A stretch of 64,000 nt of DNA from Klebsormidium nitens (lineage: Eukaryota > Plantae > Klebsormidiophyceae). Positions within the stretch are counted from its first letter, which is position 1; each line of letters opens with the position of its first letter. Location of the stretch: positions 124,001 to 188,000 of the forward strand of contig DF236994.1 of NCBI GenBank assembly GCA_000708835.1, read 5' to 3'. This document shows, one piece after another, positions 48,393 to 61,027 of the stretch. A program made the position numbers and the translations under genes. Under the pieces are notes generated by a model that worked only from the letters and a program-made list of their open reading frames with translations, was not told where the DNA came from and searched no databases.

Positions 48393-50197
48393 TAAGCAAT
48401 TTGGAAAACGTGGGCCGTCCAATCGCTTCACTTGCCCCGAGAACCCTAAACCTTTGTAAGCGAGCCGGCCGCCGGCTCATCTGGCTCACTCCCACGCGCG
48501 CGCGCCGGCCGGCCAGCGCGCCATCTGCGCCACTTAGGGTGAGTAAAAGGTCGTCTAGGCATCTGGTGATAGTGGTATGATGATGCAACGAAGCAGGACT
48601 TTGCAGCTTGCGCCGCCAGCAATTCCACACGTTCCCCAGTATATCAGCGCTTATATCAGCCTTGTCCCCACTTAAAACAAGCCGCAATATCATTGAAGAA
48701 GAAGTATGTCTCTGGCAGTAATCATACACCCACTGCCAATGCTTGCTGCGGTAGCCTTTCAGCAAAAGGGTCCGTTTTCAGGAGCACGCAAGGTGCATCA
48801 CTTGCGATCCTTGGCACAATCGAATGGTTCTCTTTCTAAAAGGATACCGTTGCTGCACAAATCAAAGTGAGGGTGTGACAGTGGTAGGGCTTGGTAACGT
48901 TTCGGTGGGGCTGATGAGAGGTACTTGCAAAATATTCCAGAAACCCATTGGCACTGCACTTACTCAAGTCGTCTTATCGTTTACAAATATACTGACACAG
49001 CGCGTACATCCGTTGAAAGACACGCATGTATGGTTTGAAAAATATAGGCAAGAGCAAGGTGGAAGCTATTCCAGTAACTTCATTGATATGAAAAGCCCGA
49101 AGCCTTGGATGCGGGTACTTCAGGACGAAATTTGAATTCAAATGGATACAACTTGCCAACGACTGACTCGAGTTCGAGTAGGTATACTGATTGGTGGAAA
49201 TCCTCTTCTTGCAGATAAGCATCCCGTACCTGGCAGTAACCGTTTCAAAAGCTCTGAGAGCAAGCTCCAAGAACAAGGTTCAAGCGGAAGATTCCAAAGC
49301 TCCTCTCAAAGTAAGACCCTAACAGTCTTGTTCTTGCATAAGGGATGCCGTGCCGGTTGTAGGAGCTTGTATAGGTCGTCTGGATCCTAGCTAGTTGCTA
49401 GTATGAGAATTAAAAGTGCCTCTTGTTTCTCTAAAGGCCTAATAAGATGGTCACCGTTGGCGTCGATTGCAGATTTGGCCTCTCCCTAGTCAGTGTCAAA
49501 TGACTAGACTCACAGGAGAACACAAGTCGGACTCTACTCCCCAGCGGTGTTGACAAGCATGTGAATCTGTTTCATATGCTGGTATACTCCCTTGCTCAGG
49601 GCCCTAGAAAGAAGAAACGCCGCTCAAAGAACTCGAGAGAGAAGGTACCCCGCTTGAAGAGCCGTTCTCGAAAAAGCAAGGCACACCAAAAGGAGCAATG
49701 GTCTTGGTACAGTCCGCTGATCTGGAGCGTGGCCTGGATAAGCGGAGAGTACTGTTGGCTGGTCTGGGTACTCGACCTCGTTATGCTGGCGTGATTGTGG
49801 ACAACATTATTTTCTAAGTGAGCTCTATTAAGAAAGCGCCGAGTCATTGAAGGTAGGAGTCAGTATTGTAAGCCCTTAAAAGGTAGGTCGTCTTTGCGTG
49901 CCAGGCGTGATGTGTAGGTTTCTCTCTGGATATCTGCAGCCTCCCTTGAGAATCTGTGCAAATTCTGCTTTACTTTAGATATGTTGGGCAAGGCTGGCGC
50001 TTCGCACTCATCAAGCTTTCAACGGCTGAGAAGTGTACGGAAATGCAAACCTTTCGTAAAAAAGCAACATCCGGCTCGCTCTTCAGTTAGGCGGTACTTC
50101 TCTTTTCAAACCAGTGCTTGGAACCTTATATACCATGTCGGCGCGGCCACAATTTGATTCAAACCGGGTCCCACTGCAGTGAAGTACTGCACCTTCG
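48393..50197 (+). repeat. Diverged tandem segmental duplication, copy 2
   Basis: Collinear with 45926-47785. Confidence 0.9.
48706..49794 (+). CDS. Putative small basic protein with C-terminal Trp-rich hydrophobic tail, copy 2
   Basis: MSLAVIIHPLPMLAA; middle exon ISIPYLAVTVSKALRASSKNKVQAEDSKAPLK; last exon GPRKKKRRS...KEQWSWYSPLIW...VLDLVMLA*. Confidence 0.4.
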
Positions 50198-50788
50198 GTA
50201 CGTTTTCAATTTGCAGCTATGAGTTCTATCCAACTTACATGCTTTTCTTAATCCATGAATGCAAGCAAGATTCCAAGTTACCGGCACCCAATGCAACCAA
50301 TTTGAGTAGTGAAATATGAGAGACGCTCGCTAGCAGATTCACCGTCTAGCGACCCGGCCCTTGAATCCTGGCCATGAACAGCCTGTGTGCGCATGCAGCC
50401 TCGCAATGATAAGTTCTTATGCCATCGGAACGATTGGCCATTCGTGCATGCATGCCCGACATCCTCAGGGGGCCAATGGACGATTGGGATTCCTCCAGGA
50501 TGTATTCGTCCTGACTTTACCATCCATTTTCGATGCATCTGAGAATCGTATGTTTTTGCGGCTAGACAATGTACCGCGTACATTCTTTGGACTTCTAAGA
50601 TTCAACCTCTGAAACAGATAGCTAAATGTACGACTCGTGCCACGTGACGATTTTGGAACATGTGAATAGGCAGCCAAAGAGGGACGGTGGCCCAGTCTGA
50701 AATGGACTCAAGCAGGAATCGGAACAGGTACGAGTATATGGCAGTATCGGTTGGAAGTGGTCGAGTTGCGCATTTTGTGGGTACAAAT

Positions 50789-53700
50789 TCACGTCCGCTT
50801 CTTGTCTCCATCTACCACACCGACACCCGTCGCTGCATCTCCTATTGATGCGCTCGAGCCTCTTCTCAAACTCGCAATCTCGCTGAAGAAGGAGCGCTCT
50901 GCTGTGTATATTGCGCCAAGTACACCAACAAAGCATGCCCCGCCCACCATTATATATGTAGCCGCTGAAGTATAAAAGCGATCATGGTCCAGGAACGTAA
51001 CCTCTGCCCAGTGGGCGGTCAGAGCAGCCGCGATGAAAGTGCCAATGACTCGAATAGACGGAACCGCTCTCCGGATTGAGAACGTTGGGGAGCCCTGCAA
51101 GGGAAGATTGGACTTTAGCACAAGGACATGACGAAGCAAGACGTTCTACGATTGCCATAGTTTGATGTCGTTTCAGAGAGGCTTAGAGAATAGGTTGCCC
51201 GCCTGCGGGATTTCATCCTATCGTGTGACTTTCGGCCTTCAGCGAAACAAGGAAAGGATCCGTCTGAACGCAACGCTCGGTTCACGAGCTTGCACGGTAG
51301 CTTTCGATACAAGCTGCTCTCTTGACTAAGATCTTGTAGCAGCAGTCAACTCTCCACAAGCCGATCAACACGCTGACTTCGTCGATAAAAAAGCCGTCCG
51401 AAGAAGCATAAAACGGACGCAAAGGATTGGAACTTCAGAAGATGGGGCAAAGTGCCCAGAAATCTCACCTTGAAATACCGTAGAATGAAGACCATCGAGT
51501 AGGTGATGCGCAGCGTCATGTTGCACACGTTAGCGAGGATGAGCCCGGTGGTGCCACGTGCCTGCACCAGGGCCACGCTGAGCGCTACGTGGCAGACGGA
51601 GAAGACCACGAGCGCCACGTTGTTCCAGGCCAGCCCGCGCTCGGACGCGGTCGCGTGCAGGAACGACTCGGTGATGCCTAAAGAAAAACGAGTGGCGTTA
51701 ATGAATTATCGACTAAACTGACGGGGTTGCCTGCAGGAACCACTCAGTGATGCCTGCAGTACCCTGCTGTTACTCTGACGCGGTCGCATGGAGAAACGAC
51801 TCAGAGATGCCTAAGAAAAACAGGAGGCATTCAGGAACCTTGTGTTATACTGACGGGTTCGCATGGAGGAACGACTCGGTCATGCCTGCCATAATGACGA
51901 GAGGACTTCGTGATAGAAGCTGCGGTATACAGACCGGGGAGGGGCATCACAGGTTCAAGATACTGGATGACAACAGGCGAAAGATGGAGTTTGCCATTTT
52001 GGAGGTGGCAAAGGTCACAGGGACACTATGAGTCTTCGGAGCTTGAGAGCACAAAAGAAGAAGGAAACAAGGTTCTCGCATTTGGCGATATGAGCAGCCA
52101 CTGGAATCCGGGGTCCATTCTTTATCAATTAAACAGAAGGCGTGTTCTTGCTTCAGGCTTGCTGGTGACTGTTTGAAGGAGCAAAGGAAGTTGTTGTGGA
52201 CACTCATTATCGACTTGGAGAACGGCTCCGCACATGATGGATGTTTTATGACCCCCGATCCAGCCAACAAGTAACCACGGACTGACACAAGCGGGTGTAA
52301 TTTTACAGAAGCTTATGAAAGAGGAGGACTTCAGGCGCAGTTAACTCACCGTTGAGCGCCATGACCATCACGTAGAGGCAGTAGCACGCGAGCGCGGTCG
52401 GCGCCTCCGAGTCGCTCTTGTCCCGCCCGTACAGCAACCGCAGCAGGGTATACGAATAAGGCGGGCCGAACGCGACGAAAACGAGACCTGGCAGGGAAAA
52501 GTAGTTGAGCTCTAAACCTCTTGTTGGGAACAGGCGTCCGACAATGTCTCCGTACAGTTTGACTGCCTTCGTCACTAGGGCTCTGGTCCCAGAAGAGGGT
52601 CATAATTCTACCACGAGTTGCCAGTTTTTGCAAGTAAGTGTGTCCCTACAGCGGTACGCGTAGAAAGACGAAGCTTGCAAGACTTGCTAGTTTCCAGCGG
52701 CAATCTATGAGAAACAATCTCCCCGCGTGCTTACTTCACTCTTCGAGAGCCCAAAGAGCCCTCGAAAACCTGTGCCTCTACTTGGATCGCAAACACGCAT
52801 AGATGGGAAGAGGAAGACGGTCGTAGCTAATGTGTACTTACCTAGCAGAGACACCCCCTTGATCGCCAACAGCAGAACTCGTTCCACCCCCCGTACGTCC
52901 GGCTTCTGGGCGTCGTCTGCACAGCAAGGTTGCCTTCAGTCAGCTGACGTATCGCGGAAGACCACGTGGCTCTTACCGCCTGGGTAGCAGCAGTCACACG
53001 TGGTCTGGTTATTAGGTTTCACTGTCATGGGTGCTTCAGAAACAGCGCAAAGAACGACACGACTCCAGAAAGGCCAAAGGTTACAGCCGTGTGAAGAATC
53101 AGCCCGGAGCAGACACGAGTGCTACTTATGACCTTCTGATTGCACACCGTCTCTTCTATGGCACTTGTGATCGCGCAACAGAAGGCAATGCATTCCGGCC
53201 ATTCAGAATGTGAGTTTCCAAAAATTTCGACCCCACAAAGATCACACGCACCGTCTTTCTTGTTGGCGGAGCTGGCTGCTTTTGAGAACATGGTGAAGGC
53301 GCTCTCCTCAAACGGCTGCAGGACCGAGCGTACCACGAGCGAACCTGAGGAGGGGCTGCAAACGGTCAGAACTGCCGCTCCTACACTTTCACACCCGGAT
53401 TTGGTCGAGAACAAGCGTACCTTCAGATATTGCCTTCGGCAGCAATGTTGCCCCGCTGGATGTGGAAGGTAAGTTGCGAACGCGTCATCACAACGCAGTT
53501 CGTTCGAGTCAGTAATCTCGAATTTTGCCTCACAATTCAACTCAAAGACTCGCAACCTTGGTGTCTTTCATTATACTCCGGTATTGGCCGTTATTCGTAT
53601 CAAATCGAGTTTAACTCCCGCCATTTACGTCCAGCGGATTGCGTTCTTGTACCTTTCCTTCCCGCAGCCCTTCCAAACCCATCATGCAGATTATGCCTCA

Positions 53701-56700
53701 GGTCATCCTCCACCGCACTCACCCAGCTTTTCGACGATCCCGTACACCCCCTGGTTGTGCTGGCTCCCCGACAGCACCAGCACGAACTTCTCGCCCTCCG
53801 CCAGCGCAAGCTTTTCCACGGACTGCCACGAAAACGCGCCGCACACGCGCAGGAGCGACGGGTCGAGGAGCGGGCCGCCCTTCGGCCTGCAATCACAAGC
53901 GACGGTGTCTTTTTGGTTCTCCGATAAAAATCCGATGGATAAAACTTTTGGACGCGGTCAGCGAATAATTCGATACAGGGAGTGAAACCCGCCTGGATGC
54001 TCAATTCAATGATGATCCATTGTATATGCACACCGCCCCATGCTTAGAAACGCACGGGCTTTGAGTCTCTCGTTGTTCGGCAGAACATGTGCCGCAACCG
54101 CAAAGGGACTTTTCTCAGACTGCCAACATAGCAGTAATAGAACAGAGGGAGCGCGTCGTAAAGACGGCCCTGTCGACATCAAATCAGGCAATCATGATAA
54201 GACACCAATTTTGAGACCAGGGTAGTCGTCAGGAAGGGCACAATGTGGACCGGCAAGGCTCGACAACAGCCTGGAGAACGAAGAAGCAGCCCTATGCAGG
54301 ACAAAAATCGTGGACTAAAAAACCACAGATTCCCATTTGACGACATTGTTCACAGCCGGCCCCAGAATGACATTCATGCTGACGTCATCCCCGAAGAGTC
54401 CCAAGGCTCACCTGCTCGGCAGAAGCGGGACTGAAGCGCCCGTCGTCTCCCTTCGTCGAGCACGGGAGAGGAAGTAGCCCCAGTACCCCACCAGCAACAC
54501 GAGCGCATACGTGAGCTGTGCGTAAGCGAAGACCAGCCCACCAGCCTGTGGCACACGGAAAGTGTCAGAACGCGAGGAGGGGGAACGTGGTTTCCCGAGC
54601 CGACGTAAGAGAGCCCTCCTAGCTAGAACCCCCTAGGATGGACGTTCTCGATCAATCACATTCACTCATTCCAACCGTAGATTGAAGGGTTGATACAGAA
54701 AGGGTCTCTAAGGCGTCCGCTGGGAGTCCCTTTTGTCCTTCCTCCCGTTCTGTCAGTCCACACCTCCCCGATGGTGTTAAGCCCATATTGAAGGCCTAGG
54801 ATTTGCCGGGTCTGAGGGTGGAAGCGAGCCGATGACAACGGTTGGTCAATCTCTGGCCATTAGGAAAAAAAGTTGGAAGGGAATTCAGGAGAAGTTTGTG
54901 ATGATGCAGGCCGCCGTTCAAGTAGATGACCGAGACACTGCCAAGGGGTTCTCTTTGAGCCAGTCGAGGTCGCAGCTAATCGCTTTCAGCGCAGCCGTAG
55001 ATTAGAGATTTGCTTCTAGGACGTGAAGATTTTCAAGATGCTCAATAGGATAACTCATAAAGAGTACGCCGGCCAATCAATGGTATGTATGAGAGGGATT
55101 GCACCACTGAGATCACACGATGTGAAGAGGCCCACCTTGCCGATGCCTTGCAGCAGGAGCGCATATGTCACCAGGCTCTTGCCAAGCGTCGCCAGCGTTT
55201 CTATAACCACGCGCACCCGCAGCAGCAACAGGCACTGCGCCAGAATGTACAGCGGCTCGCTCAGCAGCTCCACTCCCGCAGCGACACCTGGCAAAGTGAG
55301 TCCTTTTTTTTGACCTTTGACACATGTCTGCATGTTAAGGAGGGCCGTGATGCCAAAGTAGGCGCAGTTTGATATAAACTTGTGCGATTAATATACTAAT
55401 AATATAATGGATCCAAATTGAACTGCTTTAGGAGGGGTTGGGTCTTATGATGATCTTCGTGACTCTTCTGTACGTTAGGTTCACACCCGGAACGGTTCTC
55501 AACACGCAAGCGATCAGTTGCTAAATCGTCTGATGCCTTATGATACATTTGAATTTTTAAATCGAGAGAGGGATAATGAAAGAGTGTCTCGGCAGCACCT
55601 GTACAAAAATCATGACCTTCGTGGTGGCGGTCGAGTCCGATGAGCCGTCTGCCAATGTCGGGCTTGACCGACAGACTGGCCTCGCATCATCCTTGCAATC
55701 GTTTTCCAGACGAGAGCTGCCAATCTTGCGGAAAATACACAAACTAACTGAAACAAAGCAGCCACAGTGAACACAGGAGGAGTCGGATTCAGGACAACAA
55801 AAACTGACCCAGAACGAGAAGTGCCTGCGTTCGGACGTCTGCGACTGGCAGCTGCTGCCACCAGAGGATCGTCCCCACTGTTGCACAGGTAACAAGAAGG
55901 CCTACAGGGACCGACAGCCAAGCCACTGACACCACCCTCGCCGCTGCAGACTGGTGCGGGTTGTCCCTGCAATACAGTGTCCTTGTGTCTTTCCATTTTT
56001 CAGAACCCTTGGAAGCTCCAGGACTTGCACTTGCTTCTTTACTTTCACTTTTCGCTTACTCTTCGACCAAGCAGCCATGTGACTACTGCGACAAACCATA
56101 CATAATTTCAGAAGCCACTGGATGCACGCTTAAAAAGCATTTGAACCTTTTTAGATTCCGTGGGAACTCGCAAGGGGCTACTTACAGAGGGTGGGACAGA
56201 AGTGATGAAGTGGGCCCAAATAGATCCACGTGGATGGATCTCAAGCTCACCCTAGGTCACTCCGGATACAGCCCCGCCGGAAGCCCTCCCTGCTGATCAT
56301 GAAGATTGTGGTAGTGATGAGGGGGAACTGAACTGCTGATAGCTGGACGGCAGAGGAAGGGCCGGGTCAGTCACCAGCGTTTGCTTGAGAAGCAATCACT
56401 CACAATTTTACAACCTGCTAGACACAACCACATGGCTTTGATGCAGAATTTTTCCAGAGGACTCTTTGCTTAGAAGGAGGCATATGTGTAATCATGACAG
56501 TCTCAAGTGAGGTATTCTGTCTGGTGCTCCTGTCTTGACCATCCAGTTACAGTTTGTTGCATTTGTTTTGACCAGAACTAACTTCACCACACACTTTGGG
56601 GCCATTTGCTCCATTCTCATTGAAGCTGTGAACGAACACTTTCACTCACCTGTGCTTCTGCCTGAATCGTGCAGTATTTCTCCTTGCAGTGGACTTTGTT

Positions 56701-57192
56701 CCATATTTCACAAAACTTATTACCACCATTCGCACCAGCTGTAAGGAAATTTTCTCTGCTGCAATTGGCATATGAATACAAGCGTCACAAGGGGTCTGGA
56801 ACCTTGATACTCTGAGTGCTGCTCACCCCAATCTCTGCAGCATTCAGCCTGCGGTCAATCAGGACGTTCAGCAGGAAGGAGATGACCCGCGTGGCCAGCT
56901 GCGAGACTGCTCAAGCAACAGAAGCCTAATGTCAGCACCTGCTTGCGGAATTGGTGAAAATGAAAGGTTGCAGTCTGATCAAAGCAAATTCGTTGCAGCA
57001 GTATGACAGGCAGGTTTATGCACCTCATGTGTCTGCCCTGCTCATGCACGCTGGAACTTTTTACATGACTCATGTTCAGAAATCTCTGAAGGTGTAGATC
57101 GCGACTCCAAGAGTGATGCACTCACTCATCAGGTGCAGGAAGCTCGAGACCAGGACGCCAGCTTCCCTGGCGCCGGCCTTTTCGCCCGCCAT
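50789..57192 (-). CDS. RFT1: RFT1, Man5GlcNAc2-PP-dolichol translocation protein
   Basis: Spliced exons: MAGEKAGA...FLHLM|ISQLATRVISFLLN, AVQFPL...SREGFRRGCIR, VELLSEPLYILAQ...RVVIETLATL, GSLVVRSVLQPFEES, GITESFLHATAS, GLILANVCNMTLRI, ending GDKKRT*. Confidence 0.93.
51715..51890 (-). repeat. Three degenerate tandem copies of an RFT1 splice acceptor plus exon start, within the intron
   Basis: Copies starting at 51885 (GMTESFLHANPSV*), 51810 (GISESFLHATASE*) and 51753 (GITEWFLQATPSV*), each preceded by AG. The true exon starts at 51677 (GITESFLHATASE). Confidence 0.9.
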
Positions 57193-58452
57193 CTCGCCCA
57201 ATGCCAGTCAGCAGTTTTTCCGCTTCATTCAGATTGCTCTATGGCATGTGACGGTCAGCAGGAGCCTACACAGATCCTCATCTTCATGAGAAGCCAGTTC
57301 AACTGCTACTTACAGCGTCTGCTTCACAATAGCGCCCGCCATTGCAGCATCATAGAAGGGCATGACGATCTGCATTCAACTTCAAGAGTCTAGCTACCGT
57401 ACCGCAGCAGCCTGAGTGCGGCCGCGCGGCCCGCCCGAAAGTAAGGGCTGCGTGACCCCGGGGCCGCGCTCCGCCCGCGGCCGGGCGGCCGCAAGACGAG
57501 CAATTATAAGCCCTGATCATTATAGGGCCTCCAGGTGCCTAATCTGTGAACCGGAAGCTGTTCAATTCACATGCGGGCCCCTCTGAATTGTACTTTCATC
57601 TGAGCAGGCCCGGCCCGCTCTTCAATTCTCAGCTGACTAGACGGTCATCGGCGTATAGTGCGCGGCCGGCCGTGACCGGACCCACAACAATGCGGGGGCC
57701 GGGGCCGTCGTACAGGGGACTGCGACGGTCCCACAACGTGGTCACACGCATGAGGCCCCAACTAGGAAGCTAAGAAAAGATCAAGCGAGAAGCTGAACTC
57801 TTATCGATGCACCGCGTACCAGCTAAGCCTACTACGGCTAAGCGCTTCAAATGACTCCGGGGTTCTTCGCGGTCCGATCAAGTTGTTTCACCAGAAATGC
57901 CCAGTGGCTCAGGCTAGCAACCGGAAAGGTTCGGCGGCTCAGATACAAGCACCGCCTAGAGCCCAACAGGGTTACGCGTTTGTGTCGTACCTATCATGCG
58001 GCCACCTATCACGTTTTAATGTAGGATCCGTTTACATCGCCGTTTCAGCCGCCCCACTGGCAGGTACAACTACCTTGAATTGTCGAGGGCTGTGAAACTT
58101 GATACGACCATGATGGTTCCACTTACCTATAGCCGAGAAGCCTTTGAAACATTGTATAGGTATCTGGTAGGCTTTAGCTTTCATCTAAACTGACTAGGAC
58201 TTTACAAGCAAACGCGAGGTTATAAAGAATACAAGCTCTGGAAAGAGTATGGTGTCAAAGACGTCTTGCCAATGGCTGAAGCAGACTCCTAGTCTAGGTG
58301 AGGGATTCTTAGTTGCCTTCTCTTCCTGCGCTCTTTCCAGCTCTTCTTCCTTTCTTCTTCACAACATAAGCGGACAGTCTTCGTATCAGTTGGCATCTAT
58401 CCTTATGTACATCTGAGATTCCTTGTTATATCCATGTGGACGCAGACGCTTT

Positions 58453-61027
58453 CTATGCGCTGTAAATCACCAAGTAGAGCGGCAGAATAGCCCGCTTGTT
58501 GTACACCACTATTTCGTCGTAGTTGAGAACCGGGCCCACTTCTCCTACCACCGAGTCGTACTGATCCGGGGGCCTCATTAGCAGCGGCTCGTTGTTAACC
58601 GTCCGGTAAACGCGGCCGGCGACCACCTGAAGAGTCCAAATTTTGTTCGTTCATTCGAAGCGTATAAGTGGAAGTCGGTTCATCGGTCTGGACAAAATTC
58701 ACCCGATCGTGGGGTTTGTCAAAGCATCTCGACTTCCACGTATTTCTGCGAGAGCGCTCATCAAATGCGGATTCAAGCCGCAAGTGCTCTTGGGCCGCAG
58801 CATCGAGTGCAAAAGAAAATCAGCATGAGTGCACGTATGGAGTGTACCTTTACATACGGTGCGGCAAGTCGGTGTCTTGACCGTTCTGCACTGGACGCCC
58901 TTCTGGCCTTCAACCGCACCGTTTTTTATGGACCTCAACGGATCTAAATGACTACCAGCCTTTCTCGACAGGCGAAAAAGTTACTACTCGCAGATCATTC
59001 GAAATTTGTCACAAGCCAGAAGAGCCCGGAACCTTACCTGACAAACGAGCATGGCCCGCAGTCCGTGCCGGCCCATAGTATGATCGTCTGCCCATGCGTA
59101 GTCATTCGCTTTGCCGGACGCTGACGTCAGGTAGAAGCCCGTGCCGAACCTCTGGAAGGCGTCCGTCCGGATCTTTTTGGAGCGGAACCCGCTGCGCAGG
59201 ATGCCGCAAACCCCGCAGTCGGGCTCGGGGCAGAGGCTCGTGTTCCCGTGGAGCCCAAGCGAGCATTTCATCCTAGGAACAGGAAAACAACTTTGAGCCA
59301 ATCTATATCGCCGTGTTCAAGGAAAACGCTTTTCAAATCCCTGGAGCGAAAGACTTGCATCGCCTCCGAAAGTCGTTCGACCGTTTGAACTTAATCAACG
59401 AAAGTTTTGAAACCCGCTCTCGCGCTCGGTTTTAGTTTCTGAGACGAGCGCATCACCTTTTTCCGTTTCACAAATTAGTCCAGCACTTGACTTGCATTTC
59501 AAGACGAAGTATGACAATGTCGGAAGAGGTCTCTAAAGGTACTCACTTTCCCTTTCAAGCAACTGACATACCCCGTGTAAGGAGAAACGTCTTCTCACCC
59601 TGAGCCGTGGAAGCGGATGCGGACGTTTCCGTCTTGGAGGCACCGGACGTCCTGGTGACTTCCGCCCGCCTGTTTCCGCACTTGCTCGGCGTAATCGTTG
59701 TGCAAAGTCTGTGCCAGTTGGGACGTGCTGATGGCAAGGACTTCATGCACCCTCCTCGGAGCTGTCTCCGTTTTTGCCCAGGCTCGGAGGAAGGCCGTCT
59801 CGATCTCGTGGCGCTTTGTGGAAGGGATTCGCGACACTGCATGGTAGGATGGAATGATTTGCTGTCATTCCAACCGTTGGCATCTTGATGATCGACAATT
59901 GCGCTCCTTAGCTTCACATACCGGGGAATGACGCTCTTGCTCGTTTGTCGAATTTCGTACCTATGTTTACCTGGATGAAGATCTGAACTTGGCTCAGGCG
60001 ACGAACGTATGAACGACCTTCAATAAGTTCTTGGGCTTAGGGGGGATTTTCAAACTTCTAGTATGGCGCAGTAGTCTTACAGTAAGGTACTTTGGCTTTA
60101 CTCGAACACCTTCACCGTAGTGAGTCAACTCAGCTTCGTTTGCAAATCAAAGCTCGATACAGCTCGATATCATCTTCATATGATTGTTTCGGAGGCAAGG
60201 ACCCTCATTCTCAAGGCATCTTGGAGACCCACGTTTTCAAGAGCAGTGAAGCATCCTTTCTTGACAGAAGACAAGTTCCCCAAGCACCAGCTTTCTCGAA
60301 TGCAGTCAGTCTGCTTAGACATGACAAACCTAAGAAATCTAGATGAAGAGCCGAAACAACGTAAGCCCTCAACTAGCACAGCGCGAGCAGAGAGGGACTG
60401 ATCTCTTTCATCCCTAAGCTTCCGGTCAAGGGGCACTAAGTTCAACTTCTGGACATGGGCGTTGAAAGGCAATGAACACTTTTCTTCACCTGAGTGCATC
60501 ACCACGCAATGGCTATCCAGCCCCGCTTCCGTCCTGTACAGATCACCGCACTCCTGACACACCCACGGCTTGGGCGCCTCGGGGTGCATATCTTCCCCGT
60601 GCTGCTTCAGCTGTTCCTTGGTGTCAAACCAGGCGTTACACCCAGGGAAGCCGCAGCTCGCTTTTCCCCCGATTGGCAGATTGTGAGAAGCCCACCGGTG
60701 ATCCTCCATAGCAGCCGCCGTTTGGAACAGCCTCTTACAACCAGGGAGGCTGCACTTGACCCGGGGGCTAGGACCAGTCAAGCTAAGACCCCCCATTTGT
60801 GCCCGGAGACTTTCTACCGGGCGGCTAGAGTGCGCGTTCTCCCTGTGCTGATTTCTGCTGTCAGAGGACTCAAAGCTTTTTGTGCAGCCGCCGGCGCCGC
60901 AGATGAAGCGCCCCGGTGGGCTTCTTTGATGTGCGTCTAGCTTATGCTGGTTCAGAAACTGCGTATCTTTGAAGCTTCTCTGACAGCCTCCCACGCCGCA
61001 CTGGAGGGTTTTGCGGGCAGGCGCCAT
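58453..61027 (-). CDS. Five-C2H2-zinc-finger / ADP-ribosyltransferase (PARP-catalytic-like) fusion protein, 394 aa
   Basis: Exons 61027-60490, 59836-59599, 59272-59038 and 58626-58453 are phase-compatible (1185 nt). Five C2H2 fingers, then RFHGS, CxLG...C...CGVCGIL, FGTGFYLTSASGKANDY, MLVCQVVAG and YDSVVG...LNYDEIVVYNKRAILPLYLVIY. Confidence 0.8.

Noticed and set aside
48411-48449. Site II (TGGGCC) plus telo-box-like AACCCTAA in the duplicated promoter
   Set aside because: The telo-box is incomplete and not kept in copy 1 (AACCCCAA); short motifs are expected by chance.
57505-57530. Hammerhead-like CTGATCA within a hairpin
   Set aside because: Does not match the CUGAnGA core, and no correctly placed GAAA with stems.
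60176-60489. ORF continuation after the fifth zinc finger (to 283 aa)
   Set aside because: It follows a good donor at 60490/60489 and has no domain features; treated as intron read-through.
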